This document shows, one piece after another, positions 60,137 through 64,000 of a DNA stretch of 64,000 bases. The number at the start of each line of letters is the position of its first letter. The stretch's first letter is position 1. Source of the DNA: Octopus sinensis (Eukaryota). Location: the NCBI RefSeq assembly GCF_006345805.1, contig NC_043003.1:3596001-3660000 (forward strand). The letters run 5' to 3'. The notes below the pieces were generated by a model, which saw only the letters and a list, made by a program, of their open reading frames with translations, was not told the origin of the DNA and ran no database searches. The position numbers and the translations under genes were made by a program.

Positions 60137-61399
60137 AAATCGTATAGAATAACCGTATGGAGCTAGGTCTATCTTGCTTTTATTAAAAAAGCAATACTCT
60201 AATATATTTTTAAATAGATATCTGCAAGCTCTTACACTGTGGTTCTTTCTTTCTAACTGTATCTGGTTTAGTACACAAAGAAATAAATAGTACTTGTACG
60301 TTGCCAAAAATTTTAATTGACTATATAGTTAATTTAATTTAATCTAATTTTAATCTAATTTAATTAGCCCAACTTAAATCAAATGAGTTGCTAATACTTC
60401 ATAATTCTATTATAAGTTTAAATAAGTAATGCTACTCCCTTAATAATAATATAAGGAATTTTCACTATGATTTTCACTATTTTTTGAATAAGCAATATTC
60501 TCACACCTTTTACTATAGAAATTAATTGACCTCTAGGTATAGACCTAAAGTCTATCTTACAATGTATAAACATTTGTAAAAATAGTAACAATAATAAATA
60601 GATAAATTAAATGACCTCCTTTCTAGTATTGCACTTAAACCTCTTAATGTATTTTCCTCTACTGATAGCATTTGACCCCTTTGATACTTTCTCTTGTTCT
60701 CTTTATATTCTTATATATGCTTTTAACTCTGTAGGATTGGCAGTTAACAGCTGTATGCTGGTCAAAAGTAATGTTCTCTTTTATAAATCTCAGATTCCTG
60801 CAACCCTGAGCTAGACTTTCTGTCACTACAGAAATAGACTATCCTGTGTAGGTTGTATGCTTACACCCCTTTCCTCTCAGTTGTCCCATAATGCCCTATT
60901 TGGGCGGTTCTTCTGCTCCACTAACTTCTTTTAGCCAATATTATTCCAACATAGTAGTTTTGTGAAATGAACAGAAATGTGATCAGCATCTTCTCATATA
61001 TCAGGAAATTGTACCTACTTTATTATGGATAAATTCATCTTCTCTGAGTATGAAATATCTCCTCATATCTCCGGAAATTACACCTGCATTATTACGGATG
61101 GATTTACCTTTTCTGTGAAGCTAACAAACCTTTTTTTAAAAACCTTTTATAAAACTGTGCATCATTAGAGAAGTTTTGAAGTCTTCTTACAATCTAACTT
61201 TTGCTTTTCATAGAACTCTCTTCGATACTTCATGAGTGTAGCCTCACCCACTAGGATGTTTGGAAAACTCATATGTGTTTTGGCTGATGAATACGGGACA
61301 CTTGTATTTGCTGCAATATTTGCAGCTTTTAATAAAGCTGTTCTTCGTATGAAACAATTGTACTGAACAACTAATCCATTTTTGTTGCTTTTTTCTTGT
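59380..61399 (+). mobile_element. Young Penelope-like unit bounded by 86-bp inverted repeats (59380-59465 / 61314-61399)
   Basis: The two repeats differ at 1 of 86 positions by my alignment; the unit contains the GIY-YIG ORF and a 3' hammerhead. Confidence 0.85.
61275..61371 (+). ncRNA. Type I hammerhead ribozyme with canonical core and branched stem II
   Basis: Stem I gttttgg/ctgaac; CTGATGA 61284-61290; stem II ATACG/CGTAT enclosing hairpins; GAAAC 61351-61355; palindromic AATT loop; GTA cleavage triplet 61360-61362. Confidence 0.8.
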
Positions 61400-61420
61400 A
61401 AATATATATATATATATATT

Positions 61421-61603
61421 ATAATAAGGGATAGGCAAGAGAATTTGCTTCACCACACACAGAACTTTAGAAATAGCAGCCAAAAAATATATATTGTCTG
61501 GGAGTTGTTTCTTACAGTAGAAGAAATAGCTAGTTTGTTTTGGCTGCTATTTCTAAAGTTAGGTGTGTGGTGAAGCAAATTATTTTGCCTATCCCTTATT
61601 ATA
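61421..61603. repeat. Foldback, ~65-bp arms
   Basis: 61421-61485 versus 61539-61603. Confidence 0.88.
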
Positions 61604-61703
61604 ATAAATATTGCTTAAATTTACCGATAACGGCCTTTTACATACCGAATCACTACTTGGTGGAATTATTAATTATTGATTAATTAATCAATTAATTTTA
61701 CCC

Positions 61704-61734
<31 letters not shown>

Positions 61735-61826
61735 TAGGGAGATTTTATGAAAAAAACAAAAGACGAAGACAAGTAGTGTACAAAACAAACAGATGTATTA
61801 GTCTAACGCTCAGGAATAGAAAAAGT

Positions 61827-61862
61827 CTTTTACGTTTCGAGCCTACGCTCTTCTACAGAAAG
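61827..61862 (-). ncRNA. PLE-type hammerhead variant (CUGUAGAA core); related copy at 23593-23628 (+)
   Basis: CTTT-CTGTAGAA-GAGC-GTAG-GCTC-GAAAC-GTA-AAAG. Confidence 0.5.
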
Positions 61863-62050
61863 GGACACAGAAAGAAACAAGGAGAGAAAAAATGGAGAGA
61901 AAAAATGGGTGTAGTGGCTAACGATCTCTCATGACAACATATGTATGTATATATATGACTGTATGAGTTTGAGGTTAAGCAACCATGGAAGGGATCGTAA
62001 ATATCCAATATCTTTGTAAAATCCCTGTATATCACTGGTGCGTGATGTGG

Positions 62051-62100
62051 AAAACTCGGAAGAATGGGCAACCCCATGGTAGAAACAGCTGTAAGGGTTT
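62051..62100 (+). ncRNA. Decayed PLE-type hammerhead-like motif
   Basis: CGGAAGAA-TGGG-CAAC-CCCA-tggta-GAAAC-AGCT-GTA-AGGGTTT. Confidence 0.35.
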
Positions 62101-62755
62101 AGTATTTGTACCCTCATTTATTCTTATTTGTTTATTTTTTTAATTTCTATATTTATTTACTTCTTTATTTGCCTAATTCCTTTGTTTATTTTGATTAATT
62201 ACACATATGATTGTAATCAATTAATAAATAGATCCAAATGGATGTTTACAGGCTGAGGTTTGGTGATTGATTATCCTCTCCATTTTCTTATTTGCCTTAT
62301 ATATATATATGTGTGTGTGTGTGTGTATACATAGTGAGAGAGAGAGAAAGAGAGAGCACTCAATACAAACATAAAGTGTAATGAATTTATTTTATAAAGC
62401 AACACACATGCACACACACACAAACACACACACAGACGCATGCACACACACACACATGTGTGTACATATGCATAACATCAACATCATCATCATCATCATT
62501 GCTGTTTAATATCTACTTTTCCTTGCTTGCATGGTTCACACAGAATTTTGTTGCAGAGGCAGACTTTCTACAGCCGGATGCTCTTCCTGTTGCCAATCCT
62601 CCACCATTTCCAAGTGAAGGAATATTCTCCCATGGCCAGACATGTTTACACAGAAGCCTGGAAATGAATAATGCCACTTGTATGATGCTAATGATGACGA
62701 TGATGATGCTTAATTTCAACTGTCACACATACATACATACACACACGTGCACATG

Positions 62756-62786
<31 letters not shown>

Positions 62787-62989
62787 ACATGACAGCCTTC
62801 TTTCAGTTTCCATCAATAAATCTATTTACAAACAAGACTTTGGTCATCCAAGGGCTATAATAGAAGACACCTGTCTATGCTTGAGTGGATCATTAGAAAT
62901 AGTAGTAAATAACTTCTGTTACCAAGGAGACCAAGTTAGCAGTGGAGGGGAGGGAGTTCTGAAAGTGTAGTTGCAAGGATAAGAATAGG

Positions 62990-63760
62990 CAAAGTTCAAA
63001 GAGAGCTTCTACCTTTGTTGGTAACTAAGGGCTTCTCCTTCCGAGTGAAAGGTAGATTGTATGATGCCTGTGTATGTGCAGCTATGTTACATGGCAGTAA
63101 AATGTGGGCTTTGATTATTGAGGACCTGTGAAGGCTTGAAAGAAATGAAGCTAGCAAGCTCTGCTGGGTGTGTAATGTCAGCGTACACACACGACAGAGT
63201 GTAAAATGATTTAAGAGGAAAAACTGGGTATAAGAGACATCAGATGTTGTGTGCAAGAGAGAAGACTGTGCTGGTTTGGTTATGGGATGCGTATGGATGA
63301 GGAGAGCTGTGTGAAGAAGTGCTGAGCTGTAATTGGGGGGGGGGACCTGTGGAAGATGTAGACCCAGAGAGACATGGGACAAAGTTGTGGAGAAAGGATC
63401 TTTGGATGCTGGGTTTCACTGAGGAAATGACAAGGGCCAGGGAGACGTGGTGATCTGCTGTATTTGATAAGGTGGGTCAAGCTGAGTAAAATCTTCCACA
63501 CATGCGGGCTTGTCCAGTCAGGTGCCACTTAAAAAGCACCCATGCTGGTGGCATGTAAAAGACACCCATGTTGGTGGCACGTAAAAGGCACTCGGGACAC
63601 TCTGTTAAGTGGCTGACATTAGGAAGGGCATCCAAATGTAGAAACCATGCATCAATAGACAGCTGGAGTCTGGACAGCTCCTTGCTAGCCAGCTCCATAT
63701 CAAACCATCCAACTCATGCCAGCATGGAAAACAGGCGTTAAATGATGATGGTGATATATA
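62990..63760 (+). mobile_element. RTE-clade LINE 3' fragment (decayed RT C-terminus plus 3' UTR with (TGA)n tail)
   Basis: Conceptual translation FKELLPLL..KGRLYDACV...LERNEAS...ERRLCWFG..RMDE...GR.RPR.TW with stops, running directly into the abundant ..GCATGGAAA..CGTTAAATGATG repeat. Confidence 0.88.
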
Positions 63761-64000
63761 TATCACCATCATCATTATAATCATCATCACCATCATCATT
63801 GTCATCATCATAATCATCATCATCATCACCACTATCATTTAACATCCATGTTCCATGCTTGCATGGTTGGATGATTTGACAAGGATCTGCTGAGTCAAAG
63901 GACTACATCGTGCTCCTGCATCTGGTTTGGCATGGTTTCTATGACTGGATGCTCTTCCTAATGGCAACCACACACACATGACAGCTTTCTTTCAGTTTCC

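Noticed and set aside
356-63838. Dozens of ORF-track entries rich in [12 protein letters not shown], poly-M, poly-V, poly-I, poly-L, poly-D or poly-E/K (e.g. 14744-15406, 24318-24545, 33681-33974, 41813-42188, 49537-49740)
   Set aside because: They are translations of (TA)n, (CA)n, (GAT)n, (AGT)n, (AAT)n and (GAA)n microsatellites, with no domain signal or splice support.
58000-64000. Further TRP exons upstream of 57981
   Set aside because: I found no minus-strand segment with both splice sites and TRPM-like translation; the next exon is probably outside the window, though a small exon could be missed.

Overview
AT-rich, microsatellite- and retroposon-dense animal genomic DNA. The repeat families look like those of an octopus/coleoid cephalopod; this is an inference and is not proven here. 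The only host gene I can support is the 3' three-quarters of a large TRP channel gene on the minus strand. I assembled 23 GT-AG exons between 57981 and 4937 with consistent phases: 3498 nt, 1165 aa plus stop. They cover MHR3/4, pre-S1, S1-S6, the WKFQRY TRP box, a coiled coil and a C-terminal NUDT9-homology domain. The protein is TRPM-like, but its filter, S6 gate, S2-S3 Ca2+ site and Nudix box all diverge, which suggests the TRPS/ced-11-like branch rather than a TRPM2 orthologue. It also has a frame-preserving 27-nt microexon in the pore turret. The introns hold tRNA-derived SINEs, RTE, CR1 and CRE-like LINE fragments, mariner/maT relics, a non-autonomous Helitron and minisatellites. Most notable is a dense set of Penelope-like (PLE) termini: about 12 hammerhead-ribozyme-like motifs, several built into long foldback palindromes. 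One young ~2 kb unit (59380-61399) has near-identical inverted repeats, an uninterrupted GIY-YIG endonuclease frame, a canonical hammerhead and no detectable reverse transcriptase. Most ORFs in the supplied track are microsatellite or repeat artefacts. Exon and ribozyme coordinates were counted by hand; repeat boundaries are approximate.
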